Part shown: positions 35,931 to 50,006 of the stretch, one piece after another
How positions within the stretch are numbered: position 1 is the stretch's first letter
How the letters are laid out: each line of letters opens with the position of its first letter
NCBI GenBank assembly: GCA_030295235.1
Contig: AP026164.1
Coordinates: 1,302,001 to 1,366,000, forward strand
Reading direction: 5' to 3'
Length of the DNA: 64,000 nt
DNA from: Fistulifera solaris
Lineage: Eukaryota
The notes under the pieces: model-generated
Told to the model about the DNA's origin: nothing
Seen by the model: only the letters and a program-made list of their open reading frames with translations
Database searches by the model: none
Translations under genes and position numbers: made by a program

Positions 35931-36066
35931 CCATGGCGATTCCAACTACAATGACTCATGACCATAATTCAGTCGGGAATCGCACGCTAGTTCTACCAGA
36001 GCAAAACGAAAATATTATTGAAAGCATCTTCGCTGAAGACTGGAAATAACGCACAAGAACTTTGAT

Positions 36067-39000
36067 TTAGAATGAAGGCGATCGCGTCCTTACGTTCTGA
36101 CCGTTCAAATCCGAAAGCCGCGAGTTCCCACGTGCATGAGACCGAGCTGGCGAATCATTCGTCATTCTAAGTTTCACAGCACAAGCAGAGATTGAAATGA
36201 CATTATACACTTGTGACTTGTACACCAGTCCACCGGACTCTGCTGGTACAGCGCGATAGGCTGCACAGGAAGGAAAATGCTAAGAATCATCCATAAAAAG
36301 GCTGAAGAAATGACACCACTCGAACGTACCTAGCATTGCGTTGCCACCCAGTGCGGCAACATGGGCACGGACGATAGCATTGCACTCAGTGACGAAACGG
36401 TTGAATTCTCTTGCTTCTAGGCCACGAGATTCACGAATGAAATGGAAGCTCAGCAGACCGAGATACTCTGTGATTTCTCCACCTTTGACGTAATGCAGTG
36501 GGGTGAGTTCGACTGGAACCTCCTCAACATTCATTAGCCATTCATTACTATTAGCAACTGCCTGCCCTTTTCCACCATAATTACCGCTTTCTCCGACTGA
36601 AATCGAAGTCAACGGCGTCGCTGGAAGCGGTAGTTTCGGAGCATTCGACAGCTCAGCGACACTGTCGGTGCGGCTTCTATGCAAGATCGGAGATAATCTG
36701 GGTAGCAACGACTTGGGAGATAGTCTTCCAGGGACACGAGGACTGAGGTCGATCTGCGCCACAGAAGACAAAGATGGCGACCCTTGATCTGAAGTGCTTC
36801 TTTTATGGGTCTTTTCAGCAACCACGGTTCGGTGAAGCCTTCCCATTTCATCACTCAACTTATCAACAATAACCGTCGAACGACAAAGAGCGATAAGCGG
36901 TTCGGTCTTGAAGAGCACTTCAATACCTTCTTGGATGTCCTTTTGAATTAATCTCATCTCAGAGTCTTCTCGGCGCCTTACTTCCAACTCGTCTTGTCTG
37001 CTGTCATCTGAATCTTCCCCTGTCATATCTGTCTCGTTAATCTTTTGTGTCGCTTCAAACCTTCGCTCAAGAATAAGTTTACCAGTGCAAAGAAGCTCAA
37101 CTTGATCGTCCGGTGTAAGATTTACTTGAGTACGGACGCCGCAAATGACAGCCGGAGCAAAGTCCTTGATTCTGTTACAGAGCTTCGAAAAGAGCTCTTG
37201 AAAGAGACTGGAGAAAAGAAGATTGCTCCTTGTACCCCTTGTGGCGGGATTCCACTTGAATCGGAGCATGGCCATGACCATTTGCCCGTTGATTTCTTCA
37301 GACATCATACCGCCTGAACCTTTTCCAAAAGCCGGAAGATGAGAAGTGGATGCGAGGGATATTCCTTCTGGAAGAGGTTTGTCCAAAAGAACACTCAAAA
37401 AGTCCTCATCTGTTTCATCATCAATCTCAAGCACAAACGGCATCTTGTCATCGCGATACAGCCTCCTCCTTCGCCTTCGACCCATACCAGTACCATCATT
37501 TCCAAGTGTAGCCTCAGCTTTGTCGTCGTGCATGATTTCCTCGCGCAAGTCTTCAAAATCAGACACAACTGAACCTATTGATTTGATTCCGGTGTCATCA
37601 TGAGCACCAAGATGGCCGTATTCTTCTAGATCAAGTTCTTGATCGAGCTGTAAAAGTTCCCTAGCTCCAGTATCTGCGTTGTTCTTAGTTTCAGATTCAC
37701 CATCAGCATCATTGTCCGTGTCACTTTCACTTTGACTGGAAGAGGAGCTCGAAGATGATGTGCTCTCCGAATCAATGCTAGAGAAAGTCCCTTCTTCTTC
37801 ATTTTGCTCTAAAACACCGGGATCAGTCCTCTCTGACTGTTCAATTCGCAATTGTCGGTCTTCAAAGCTTCCGGATTGATCGAATGCGACGGTTCCTGAG
37901 ACCCGCTGTTGCTCATTTCCATCATCACCTTCCGATTTTCGTAACAAACGTCGAGATTTCTTTGCACTTTCTTTGCGACGAGAAAATTCGGCTCTCGCAG
38001 CAGCACGACGTGCTTGCGCTTTTTTAAGCTTTAAAGCATGTCTCTTCCTAACACGTTCCGAATGTCGTGCAGCAGCTTCGATCAAGCGCTGCCGATTTCG
38101 ATTCGATACAACTTCAATCTGACGCTGTAACTTTACTACCTGATGATCCTCTTCATCTTGGACGGCAATGGTTCGCTTGATCTCCAGCGGCCTGGGCGCT
38201 GGCATTGCGGTACAATATACCGCCGTTCCGGTTGCCGTGGACACAATCAATTGCCTACCAACATCAACCTCGGTTTTCAGACTAAACACGGCGTTTCTTC
38301 CTAATACCTTCAACTTCACCATAAGCTGCCGCGCGAGGTCATACTCCAAAAAGGGAAGGGCTTCACTGACGGCCAGCGCATCTGGTTCACCGGCTGCTTT
38401 AGGTCTTGACCGACAGACTCGTGCCTGAATAAAGACACCCGTGCCACGAATAGGCAGATTGCCAGGGGTTTCGACTGTCGAAAAAATAACTTCCGGTACC
38501 CACTTCTTACCACAATGAAGACACGGGACAAGCTTTAAGTTGGTGAATGGTGCGCGACGATGGGAGTAGGGAACGTGAACAGCTGTACATGGCTTCGTTC
38601 GTCGCCTTCGCAGAGCCTTGACATGGTTATCAGTGCTCATGTAGAAAGTGTTGCCATGATAGCCTTGAGAATTGGGAGAGCCCTGTTTGGTATCACTTTC
38701 ATCGTCACCAAACAAGGGCGGGACAGGAACGGATTTCGACATCCGTAGATTGCGTTTGGAGCTACGGTCCATTACGGCTCGTCTTGATGACGGGCTCGAG
38801 GGAGCTTGCAATCCATCCGACAATCCTTCTGACAAGCCAGTCATTTCGGATTGCTCCCCTTTGTCCTCACCGGATCGGGAGGTCCACAACCTCGGCGCGG
38901 TCAGATTCGGAAGACCGCGAACAGTAGCAGCAGTGCCCGTGATGGAAAGAATAGCGACATCATCATGAATGGTGGAAGCCTCCAAGTAACCAACGATGTG

Positions 39001-40366
39001 GGTACAGCAAAGAATCTTGGCATGGGCTCGAATTTCATCACGGAGCTCTGTCCACCACGAGTCGCGTGTTTCTTGATCAGATAATTTTGAAGCCAGATTG
39101 CCCAGATATTTTACTGATCGTGCTGTTACAAGACCTCCCAGTCGAATTCGAACCGACGGATCGAAATCACGAAGCGTCAACAATTGCACCAGATCATTGT
39201 CGGGATTATCGCGATGACGGGCCACCGCTGCCAAGGTTGCTTCCGAAAGCCAAAATCGAGACGACTCCATTCCCCCGTCGATAGATCTGTCGAAGGATTT
39301 CAAGTGATCGTCTTCATTGCGAGTGATCTGAATGGAGGAAAGTGATTTGTTGTTTGGCGATAAACAGGACATTCCTCCAATTGTTCCGATGGACGCGGAC
39401 GCCTTGGTCGGCTGTTTCCTTCTTCGTTGTAGCAACACAGCAGTTCCATACGTACGCGCCACAATACCCGAGTCACCTTCCACATCAAAATTCTGAAAGT
39501 ATCCAATGACAGCATTGGCACCCATTTCTTGCACAGTCTTACACATGCGACGACGCACGGAAGCATCCAACAAATAAAGGAGCGTTTGTCGCGTTTCATG
39601 ACTCTCGCGTGCACGACGAAAGTTATCACTCCATTCAAATTCGGGATCATCGGCCACTACCAGCTCCTCAACGAACCCAAAGACGTGAGCCACTTCGAAC
39701 CCACTCGCCGGGTCGATGCGCGAAAAGGGAAGCAATCGGACTCCCGCTGACGAATCTCGAAAGGGGTTGACGTCACCAATGAACGTTAGTTTGACAGAAA
39801 GCAACAGCTCTCCTCGAACTCCGGTCAATGTATCGTACAGGGGAAACCATCCATCAATACCTCCACCTTGATCGGCGTCATTGTCATTTTCTTCACTCCG
39901 TCCCGACTCGGCTGTCAGTAACGGATTCAGATCGACATACACAATCCCGATACTCGGATCGGTCGTCCGCGAAGCAGAAGATATTGGCGAAGCCAATGAC
40001 GTAGCCTGTTCTGCATCGCATACTTTAAAGACCAGAGGCTCATCTTGCAACAAAGTGTCATCGGAGACGTCGAAACGAAATTCTTCATTCCAAACGGGCG
40101 CACAAGTATTTCGACAAACTCTGGTTTTCGCCGTGTAGCCCGACGATGACGATGCGGAAGAATACGTGCGACTCGAATACGTGGCTTTTTCGTACCATTT
40201 GCTCTTCGTCCGACAGAGCAATGGAATAGGCATGTCCGCCCAAGGTAACAATCACGTAAGGATCGGGAGTGGGCGATCCTTGCAAATGCGCCGTTCCGGT
40301 ACGAGAAGATTCTGGAGGCGGCAAATTGCGAGCGCCCTTGACGCGGACTTTGACAGTCGAAGGCAT
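36067..40366 (-). CDS. C2CD5/KIAA0528-like protein (N-terminal C2 domain + YbjQ-like domains)
   Basis: [90 protein letters not shown]. Last intron ~36262-36329. Confidence 0.88.
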
Positions 40367-40802
40367 GAGTGATTATTGCAATTTATAAAATGGCGGAACA
40401 CAGAGCACTAATACGAATAACAAGGATAGCAACAAATGCAATGGGTTTTGTCGTTGAGAGCTGCCGCCAGCGGCGTTCGCAGATCAGAGATAAAGATAAA
40501 ATAATAGTTGTTTTCGTGACTCAATTCCTGTTGTGGAGAGTGGACAGTGGACAGCACCATAGTAAAAAGGAAAGGAAAGATCCGAAAGGATTAAGGTTAT
40601 AGTCGTTGGCATCAGTTGCGGCACTGACGACAGACAAACGTCTTCGATTGCAAACCAAGGAAAAACGAAAGAAACAGCGAAAATGGACCGCACGACCGCA
40701 ATTTCGTTTTCGTTGCATTTCTTGACAGAACATTAACACAAGGAGCACAAACAAAACTACTTGACTTAGCTAAACACACAATCTACACGCTTCTATACCA
40801 TT

Positions 40803-42179
40803 ATGGAACTGGATTCGCAACTAGCCTCCACAACAGCACCTGGCAAACTATTTGCCAGCCGCGAAGAACTCGCGGCGCACTATAAGTCCGATTGGCACAA
40901 GTACAATCTTAAGCGACGAGAAGCCGGCCTCCCCATGTTGTTGCAGCCGGATTTTCAAGCACGTCTGGATGCGGCCTTGGCATTGCGTCAAGAGAAAGAG
41001 ACCGGAACGAGTCATCTGAAGAAGGAGAGTAAAAAGCATTTCAAAAAGAAAAAGAACGGCATTTCACTGGTATCGCAAGCTTCGGCGTACGACCGAATGA
41101 CGAAAGAAGCAGAAGCACCGACAACTGATACAATAGACGTCGAATCAATGGTCGAGAATGCAGTGCCTACTACCGAACAACCTGTAGCACCAGAGGCGAT
41201 TGAGATTGAGCCGAGACAATGCTTATTTGATCGACACATGTCCGTATCTGTACAAGCCAATGTGGAACGCATGCAACGAAAATATGGCTTTTTTATTCCC
41301 GATGCTGAATATTTGACGGATCTGACGGGTCTGGTTGGGTATTGTCATGAAAAGATCAAGCTGGGCCATGTTTGTTTGTATTGTCAAAAAGTCTTCACGA
41401 CCTGGCAAGGATGTCAAAAGCACATGATATCCAAACGACACACCAAGTTGCGTTATGAACCAGATATAGATTTGGAAGAGTTTGCGGTGTTTTATGATTT
41501 CGCGGAAGCTGATGCCGAGTACCTGGGTCGTACATCATTCGAAAAGAACACGGTTGACGCTGACATGGACGAAGTATCTGGTGACGACGAGGATTGGGAA
41601 GATATCTCGGACGACGAAGCTGCAGCAATGGACGAGGAAGATGATGACGACGATAGTGAGATGATGGACAATGATTTTGATGAAGCCATTGCGAGAATGG
41701 GATTTGACGTGACAGCTTTGGGAGAACTGGTTCTTCCGGATGGTCGTATCATTGGCCACAGATTATATCGACGATATTACAAACAACGTGCGCCACGAAC
41801 CAACACAAGCAACGAGGCGGTGAATGCGGCGCGCTTGGCAGCTAGTGAGCGTCTTTATAGAGGTCAAGTTTACCGTATTGGGTACCAAGGCGACCGTAAC
41901 AGCGCTAGTGATCCTTCGAGCGGCATGACGGCGTTGATGAAAGCCGGCATAGCTCCAGGTATGGTCGCAGGGCGCGCTGGAAAAGGTCTTTTGGTCAAGA
42001 GCGGTGGATCTTTCACAGCAATGTCGATTTATCGCTATCAAGCAGCCATGCGAAAGCAGAGAAAAGGCGATGTAAAAGGATTGAATTTGTACAATCGCTC
42101 AAGTCTGAATATGAACCGTATGGACAAAAAACACAATCGCTTGATGAACGGAGTAAGTGTAGCGCATGCAAAAAGATAA
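40803..42179 (+). CDS. REI1: Cytoplasmic 60S maturation factor REI1/ZNF622
   Basis: HYKSDWHKYNLKRR, CLFD..NVERMQRKYGFFIPD.EYL, CLYCQK..CQKHM..K.H, ELVLPDGRIIGHR..RRYYKQ. Confidence 0.92.
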   Translation: MELDSQLASTTAPGKLFASREELAAHYKSDWHKYNLKRREAGLPMLLQPDFQARLDAALALRQEKETGTSHLKKESKKHFKKKKNGISLVSQASAYDRMTKEAEAPTTDTIDVESMVENAVPTTEQPVAPEAIEIEPRQCLFDRHMSVSVQANVERMQRKYGFFIPDAEYLTDLTGLVGYCHEKIKLGHVCLYCQKVFTTWQGCQKHMISKRHTKLRYEPDIDLEEFAVFYDFAEADAEYLGRTSFEKNTVDADMDEVSGDDEDWEDISDDEAAAMDEEDDDDDSEMMDNDFDEAIARMGFDVTALGELVLPDGRIIGHRLYRRYYKQRAPRTNTSNEAVNAARLAASERLYRGQVYRIGYQGDRNSASDPSSGMTALMKAGIAPGMVAGRAGKGLLVKSGGSFTAMSIYRYQAAMRKQRKGDVKGLNLYNRSSLNMNRMDKKHNRLMNGVSVAHAKR

Positions 42180-42305
42180 ATATTACAATTTTATTGAAAG
42201 TATAGTTTGGCTGGATTAGACCAGCTGATATGGTTGACAAAAGTGAAAGTGACGGATAACGTTCTCAACAACAATTATAAATGAGGCACATCGAGTTCTC
42301 AGCCG

Positions 42306-43409
42306 CTATTGCATCTGTGGTGGTATTTGCTGTTCCGTCATTTCGACTGTCACTGGTTCATTGTGATCGTGGTCCATAGTATTACTGTCAGGGCTAACAA
42401 CGCTCACTTGTGTCCATCGGTATCGCGTTAACCGTGTCCAGAAGTAATGTAGCACATTTCTCGAGATGATGGTCCCATTCGCTCGTTCTGTTTCTATTAT
42501 ATGCTCCAAAACATCAAACTTACACAGTGGGCACATGGGCTGACGTTCCGTGAGCCACGGTACGATGCATTCGGTATGATACTGATGTTGGCATGGTAGG
42601 CAAGTCCAGGGAGTTGATTGGTCATCATCAAAACAAATCGCACATTGCTCTACTACCGCGCGTTCGGTCGGTTGCGGCAGTGCTAATACTTGCTCTTCCG
42701 TCAACATGGCTCCTCCAGCATTGAATACGATCCTTCCGTCAGCTTGTACATGACCACGAGCCCCCATTAAGATCATTGCACAGGCACTCAAACTGATCAG
42801 CATAAAGAACAGTCCAAGCGTAGTGACCATCATTTCTTGCAAATCCGCAGTAGTAATCAATCCTGGTGGAGGTTTTGAATCCATGCGGATGACCGGCCCT
42901 CCCTGCGACAGTATTTCCTTCGGTTGTGACGCCAAATACGACCGCAGCGATCGACCCGCTCGGTGGGTGACCGACAAGAGAACCAAGCGCGAGTCCCCGT
43001 ACTCTGTAAACATGGGCATTAACGCGTCTTCACCATCCAATTCATAATTGTACACAATCAAGAACTTGACGGCCGTCCCCATGGATTCCGCCACGGCGGC
43101 TTTGCGAGCAAACGGACAGTTTCCTCGCGAAGCGAGCATGACGACCGCGTCGGCCGGAAGAACGGTCGTGTCCGAAATCCGAATCGCTTTCGGCTGGATA
43201 AAGGAAGTCGCATTGCTGTCAAAATTGTCGCACAAATACGGATTTTCGGGAAGAAATTGCAAGCGCGCGTTGTATACTTTGTTGTCATTCATGTAACGAC
43301 CGAACAACGCTGGAAGACTCGGAAGTGTTTCATTGGCAAAGTAGATGGCAGCGTGTGCGGTCGGCAGCAGCCATAGTGATAAACAAGTAAACAAGAAAGA
43401 GGATGGCAT
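42306..43409 (-). CDS. PA-domain transmembrane RING-H2 E3 ligase (RMR/RNF13-like)
   Basis: Signal peptide, PA domain (SRGNCPFARKA), TM helix, RING-H2 CAICFD..LPCQHQYHTECIVPWL..CPLCK. Confidence 0.9.
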   Translation of the reverse strand: MPSSFLFTCLSLWLLPTAHAAIYFANETLPSLPALFGRYMNDNKVYNARLQFLPENPYLCDNFDSNATSFIQPKAIRISDTTVLPADAVVMLASRGNCPFARKAAVAESMGTAVKFLIVYNYELDGEDALMPMFTEYGDSRLVLLSVTHRAGRSLRSYLASQPKEILSQGGPVIRMDSKPPPGLITTADLQEMMVTTLGLFFMLISLSACAMILMGARGHVQADGRIVFNAGGAMLTEEQVLALPQPTERAVVEQCAICFDDDQSTPWTCLPCQHQYHTECIVPWLTERQPMCPLCKFDVLEHIIETERANGTIISRNVLHYFWTRLTRYRWTQVSVVSPDSNTMDHDHNEPVTVEMTEQQIPPQMQ

Positions 43410-44185
43410 GGTCTTTCTATAAGTGGAACGTGTAAATGAAGGACAAGAACGACGCAATGATTTGATATACATGAGGAGTCGTCGAACTGCATGGCAGCAA
43501 AATGTCAAAAAGCTACGTTTTCTTTTACGAGGCTTCTCGTTTCTATCGACGTAGGCTTACGTATATTTCGTTACTGGGCTGTACCGCTGAAACTGAACGA
43601 CGACAGGAGCACTTGCAATCGATGCGATTTATTCCTACACCAGGATCATCAACAAGATCAGCAATGGATTCATGACCTAATCCAATGCTTTAAGTATCAA
43701 AGGGTTGGAATAGTCGTCAATGCAACGAATAACAAGTCGCCATAGCCCGGGACTCATTTTCATGTAAATGAGTCGCAAAAAGTCATTGCCACATTTTGCC
43801 TAATACAAGTCATTCGAGAAACAATAAACTTAGGGCTTCTTCTGTAAATAATTCCAATGATATCGTCAAAAAAAGATCAAAAATAATGGCAATACTGATC
43901 GCAACTGTGCATAAAGGGCGTACCAGTAGCATTTTCCGTGAAGTACTTATAAAGCATTTTATACAAGGCGGGACTGAGTAGCATTTGAGTCGCAAAGAAT
44001 TCCCCGACAGTCCTTAGCTCGTAGCTAATTTCCTTAGCTTGATTTTGATTCCCACTGCGATTTCCCAGAAATGCACGGAGCATTTTTTCAAAACGCAACA
44101 CCGTGACAAGACAAATGAAGCGACCGACTCTTATCATTTCAAAGGAATTCATCATACATCAAATTCCAATAGATACATCAGCAAG

Positions 44186-44930
44186 ATGTCTACCAAGAAA
44201 AGCCAGGAGTCCAAGCAGGCATTGAATTGGCGGCCCAGCCTGACAAGGTGGAACTTTGGCTCGCTACGGAAAACAAACTGGCAGATTTACCTATACCCAA
44301 ATTGCCTGAACTTGAAAAAAAGATAAAGGTCCTCTCGAAAAGGAAAGCCTTAATCTAGATGATCTAGATACAATCGTCAGCTGGAAGTTTGTCGTAGGAA
44401 AAGCTCGTCCTTCGATTCGCAAACTAGTGCAGTCCAATCCGGAAGAGGAAGTCCATAGTTTCACAGATAAAGCCATTCGCATGGCTAGAATGACTCGCGC
44501 AGAAGACAGTGATAAGACAATTAGCGACTCTTTGGAGGAACTGGAGAATTTACGTGGTATTGGACCAGCGACAGCGAGCGCCGTGCTGTCCCTCTTCAAT
44601 CCTTCGGTCTTTTGTTTCATGTACGACGAAGTCATTGATTGTTTCATGCCCCAGCGAGATTATAAGAGATCCACGTATCTTTCTGTCAGAAACGAGTGTC
44701 AGCGAATTGCCAATGCTCTCAATGCAGCCAGTTCTCCGTCGCCTTGGACGCCGGCTCGTGTTGCTACCGTATTGTGGACGGCCTGTCGAGATTGCGCTAT
44801 TCATGGTACTAGCTTAAAACAACGAGATGCTGGTGACAAGACACAGGAAGAAAAGAAGCCACCAGCCAGTCGACACAAAGGCGCTGAATCGAAAGAATCC
44901 GCTACCCGCCCCAAACGACAAAAAAGATAA
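44186..44930 (+). CDS. Amun-like helix-hairpin-helix (DNA glycosylase-like) protein
   Basis: IVSWKFVVGKARPSIRKLVQSNP (reached via frameshift) and LENLRGIGPATASAVLS..FMYDE. Confidence 0.7.
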
Positions 44931-44960
44931 ATCAGCTAGTGAAAAGAAGCTTTTGAAAAA

Positions 44961-46432
44961 TTAGGCCATTCGTTTCGCAGCTGCGTTCTTTTGTTTTTCC
45001 CGCCGATTCGCTAGCTTGCGCTCTTTGGCTCTCTGGTTCCCTTTGCTCCGATTGTTATTCGCATTGTCGTTGCTGAAAGACTCTCCATTCGTTGCGCTTT
45101 CGGTAGGCGCATCCTTTTATTAGATCCACGGCCGCCTCTCCCGCCGCGACCCCCTCGCCCCGCGTTTGGAATTCGCCCACCTTTTAATTTGTCCGCACCT
45201 CGATACGTCTTTCCATTCTCCACAGAAGTATCTTCTTGCGCTACTTTTTTATCCAAGGAAGGACGCTGCGTATGATTGGTGTTGCGATCGTCTTCCCAAA
45301 AGGCTTGCTCTTCCACAATTCCCTTCAATACCCGGTTATAGGTCCGGACCGCATCATAATTATCGTACAAGCCTTCATCGGATGCTCTTCGATTCCCTTC
45401 TGTCTCATCGTACTGATCATCATAGTCATCATTGTATTCATCATGGGCACCCTGTCGCATCACCATATCCAACATATACGCGTCTTCTTCCTGTTGTCTC
45501 TGTGCTGCCTGCAATGCAGCCTTGGCAATTTGTTTCGCTTCTTCTTCTTCGGTCTCCTTGTTGCGTCCTTCGAGGCGCCGCCGTGGCAACTTCTGATCGT
45601 ATAGCCGCAAGGCCGGCGGTAGATGATCCATGTCAACGAGGGCTGCAACCGTTTGTTCCACATCTCCCTTAAAGTATGACAAACACAATTCGACAAATCC
45701 TTCCCCCAGATCTGGTACTACTTGTAGTACTTGGTTGATGCGACGTTGCAACTCGATGCCCGGTGTGACGACGGTGGTGGCTTGTTGGTGTTCTAATGAT
45801 GCAGGGGACATCTGTGCGACCTTTGCAACATCGTCGGTTGGTTGCCACAATAGTTGCAAATAGTCGGCATGATCCGGATGCTTTTGAAGCAGAGTTTGTT
45901 GCCATCCGGGTGCATGATCTTGAAACCAATCGATGATATCATTCCAGATAGGATCTTCGTGTAATTGATGTAAGAGCGGCAGATAATTTTCCCATGATAG
46001 CTGATGTTTGAGTAAAAAGAAAGCCAGTATTCGTACAATATCTTTGTCATTGAAGTGATGATGTGTCGTTTGCAATGTGGTCAGTTGCTCCGAAGTGAGA
46101 TCCGGCAAACGAGGTGCCAGATGATAAATTTCCGCTACGGCGGCCAAACATTCCTCTCGGTTGCGATCATTCGTTTCCAAAACATAAAATAGTCCATCGC
46201 GTAGTGGCTCGACGATATGAGAATCCGGTATCACGTTTAAGAGCTGACGCAGTGACGATCGTACGGTCGTCTCCTCATCGAGTTTGGCCAGTAATTTTCC
46301 GATCTGATAGATCTGCAGTGCCGTCGGCCATGAGGACGACGTCTCGCTGCAGCTGTTCCATGCAACAAGAGTGTCTTGTACACAGGTCAATAAATCAGCT
46401 GGAATATCACGTGGTGTCGCAGGGTTCGTCAT
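44961..46432 (-). CDS. CUE-domain protein, ASCC2/Cue3-like
   Basis: INQVLQVVPDLGEGFVELCLSYFKGDVEQTVAALV..LPPAL (CUE), DEYNDDYDDQYD motif and RGG tail. The basic C-terminus is restored by a frameshift at ~45120. Confidence 0.8.
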
Positions 46433-46952
46433 CTTGGCTCTGTTTTTGTTGGATGTGATGTGATTTTGTTTTCGACAAGGGATCCTGACCGCACGCCTCC
46501 GCCGTGTTCGCTTCGTTTTTGACTATAGCCCCAAAGTCTGGCTCGTATTAGACTATAGTCTCCAAGTGTTGTCTGGCAGTCGCCAAGACTGGATTTTAGT
46601 AACGAAACAAAATATGCTATAGCTCGCTTTGGTGTTCTCCGCATATGCGATGGTGAACCGTTTCTTTGAGGGTAGGTTTCCAACATCAGCTATCATTAGA
46701 AGCAACATCAGAAACTCACCGCTCGATCATTCTCTTGTCGAAATTCGTCGTTGATGGGGTATTGGGAATTCATGCTCGTGCCTAGTACGTAGTAAATGAA
46801 CTCTAGTCACAAAGTGTGAAGTTTGAGTACCGTAGCCCACGTCTCGACTCTCGACAAGGATGTTCAGATTGCGACGACGATGACAACAAAGAAGTGATGA
46901 TCATTATCAATGCGTTCTTTTTTCGTGTAAATTAGTTTTTCCCCTTGCGACA

Positions 46953-48616
46953 ATGACAAACACTTACAACACTCTCATTTTGTCGCTCGTAGGATGTAGT
47001 CTTCTCTTGCCGACAACTACGGCTTGTATAGATGCTGCCGATCGCGTCACCCATTTGCCCGGATGGAATCAACCGTTGCCGAGTGCCTGGTTTTCTGGTT
47101 TTCTCGATTATGAATTTCAGGGACACACGATTCATACACATTATATACTCGTGGAAGCAGAAGATTTGGGCGAAGATCAGGTGAAACCATTGATTTATTG
47201 GACCAACGGGGGCCCGGGGGCGAGTAGTTTGTTTGGCCTCATGACCGAATTGGGTCCTTTGTTGTTTTCGGATGACTCGTTGTCGGGTCATGATGACATT
47301 CCGAAACCAATCTACAATCCCAAGAGTTGGACGCGTCTCGGAACATTGCTCATTGTAGATCAACCCGCTCCGATTGGATTCAGTTATTGTGATGACGATG
47401 TTATGGGCCGCAATTGTTTGTCGTGGACCGATGAGCTTGCGGCGGAAAACACACACGCGGCGTTGCGGGCATTCTTCGACAAACATCCTTGTTATCAAGA
47501 ATTGGATTTGTATCTGACTGGGGAATCGTACGGAGGTATTTATGGTGCGTGCGTTAGAAGGAAAAGCAGGACGATTGCTTGCTGAGTCTCATCTCACGAA
47601 CCTTTCTCATTCCCAACAGTACCGACACTAGCGCGTTCCATTTTACAGGACAAGACATCGAACTTTAATGTCAAAGGATTTGCTGTAGGAGATGGCTGTT
47701 TGGGGACACAAACGGGTATCTGTCCCGATTTAGGAGGCACTGGTTTCGATGCGTGGAAAGTGCTCTTTCTGTTTGGACATGGCCAGATTCCTATTGCTAC
47801 CTTCCAAGAATTTATGCGGGCCTGTGCTCCCCATCAGAATGGCCATTGGGCGCTGCAGACCCCGGACAATCCCGCTTGTCAAAAAGTTGTCAAAGACATT
47901 GAGATCCAAGCGGGAGGATATTACGAATACAACCTCTACGACGATTGCACGTACCGCAATGGTATTCTGGCAGGAGCGGTGAACGATTATGCCTGTGGAG
48001 GGGATATGGTAATGGAAGCTTACTTTCAACATCCCGAAGTCCTAGAAGCCTTTCACGTTCCGAACAACTACTACAGTGTTGACAACGCCGTTGGCTTTGA
48101 TTACACGCCCACGGAACAGGATCTACGACCCTTTACAAGTCGCTCACACACGACAATCGGCTCCGCGATGAGGATTCTCAGATTCGCGTCTTGATTTACA
48201 ATGGAGACGCGGATCCTGCCATTACGAGTTTGGCAGCACAAAACTGGACGTGGCATTTGGATTTACCGGAAATTGAAAGCTGGCGGCCTTGGACGGTCGA
48301 TAGCTGCCGTCGCGTAGGTGGATACGTGACACGCTACGAGGGTAGTTTTGACTTTTTGACCATCCGAGGTGCGGGTCATATGGTATGTGCTCTTCAAATG
48401 ATGTTAGATGCTGCATGGACAGTATGATTTTTCTAACTATTGATCCCTTTCAATGAATGGATGTAATGCAAGGTCCCCACTTACAAATCCGATGCTACAT
48501 TTGCTTTCATCCGTGCGTGGATCAATAACAAAGACTATCCATTGTATGACAAGGATTGTGTTAGCCCTAAGTTTCAAGCAATGGAAGAAGAAGTAGTCGC
48601 TGTACAGCCAAATTAA
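46953..48616 (+). CDS. Serine carboxypeptidase (peptidase S10)
   Basis: Signal peptide, WTNGGPGASS, DQPAPIGFSY, GESYGG (Ser), YNGDAD (Asp), GAGHM|VP (His). Two introns. Confidence 0.93.
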
Positions 48617-49009
48617 TTGTGACGACTACGCTTTGCTACGCAGTCAATCCATTCGCAGACTTTCCCGATAGTAAAGTGGGCATATAGCTATTTGTAAATG
48701 ATTATTATTTGTATTCGATAATAATTCAACAGAGATTTTCCTCGAAGTTAGACACGAAAACGCTAGACCCTTAACCTTAGTCAATTTCCGAAATAGTTCC
48801 TCGTTGATGGCGAGCCACGCGCAAGCCTACGAGACATGCTGGCGCGCACCTCGTCCGCTTTCGCATTATTTCGCGGTTTGATTATTTCCTAAATTTGTGC
48901 TGCGCGCGTCTTTGACACGATGACAAATAATAATAATGAGGACGAGTTTGATCATTTCAAATCATCCTCCATATCCAACCAAAACTAATATCATTTCTCC
49001 ACAATTGTA

Positions 49010-50006
49010 ATGAAGCGTTTACTCACTATTGCCCTCGCCGCATATCCTGTAGTGCTTGTATTCGGATTTGCGCCAAATCCCCCTCCAACGACCCGTCCGA
49101 GCCTGCGATTGCGAGAAACAAAGGTAAGAAGAAAGCAAAGCACATCGGTAATACTCTTCCTGTGAAACGTCCTGCAACCGTACTTCACATTGCACTCGAT
49201 CTTCACTCAAATGAATTGCGTGTCACAGAAAGATCTCGAGAATCTCGCGAAAGAGTTAAACCCCATCATCGGCTTCTATGATCCGATCGGCATTTCGAAC
49301 AATTTCTTTTGGGATTTAACCGTCGACGAGACGATTGGCTGGCTGCGGGAATCGGAAATTAAGCACGGTCGGGTAGCCATGGCAGCATGTGTCGGATACT
49401 GCGTTCAAAGCTTTTACACGTGGCCTTTCGATAACACGTTGTCGGGGAAGCCGTTCCCCTCGACGACTCTCAGTCCTCCAGAACAGTGGGATGCACTTCC
49501 GTTGGGCGCCAAAGTGCAAATTCTGCTCTTTATTGGATTTCTAGAGTTCTATGCTGAACTGTCGCCACCGCGTCCGGGTGCACTTCCACATTACACCAAA
49601 GGCGGCATCCCGGGAAAGTACCCATCCTTTGACGGCGTCCCACATCCTGTTCCATTTAACTTGTACGATCCATTCGGTTTTTCATCCAAACGAACCAAGG
49701 AAGAAAAAGCTAGAGGTTTACTTTGTGAGATCAACAATGGTCGTCTAGGTGAGTGTTGGATGCTATTGCTGTGATGGCGTACCGAATCTTGCAGTGACTA
49801 ACACACCCATGCTCTGCGGTATTTTGGTAGCCATGATCGGTATAATGTCGGTCCTTTGCGAGTCAAAGATTCCAGGGTCCATTCCAGCGCTCAAGGGATT
49901 AGTGAAACCATATGCAGGACAAGTCATGGCTCCATTTGAAGGGACTCCGTTTTTTCCCGCCTCGGATTTGGGCTGTATCTTTGAGGGGCTTTGCAGTAGT
50001 TCTTGA
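49010..50006 (+). CDS. Fucoxanthin-chlorophyll a/c light-harvesting protein (Lhcq-like), copy 1
   Basis: Signal peptide ending in GFAP, IGWLRESEIKHGRVAMAA, PEQWDALP, EINNGRL|AMIG. Two introns. Confidence 0.93.

Noticed and set aside
40803..46432. Functional cluster of REI1, PA-RING, Amun-like and ASCC2-like genes
   Set aside because: Mixed orientation, ordinary eukaryotic gene neighbourhood and no evidence of co-regulation.
4491..48780. TTAGGG/CCCTAA-like words (4491, 19166, 30404, 48767) as telomere remnants
   Set aside because: Only one or two units each. They could be telo-box-like, but there is too little to support a call.
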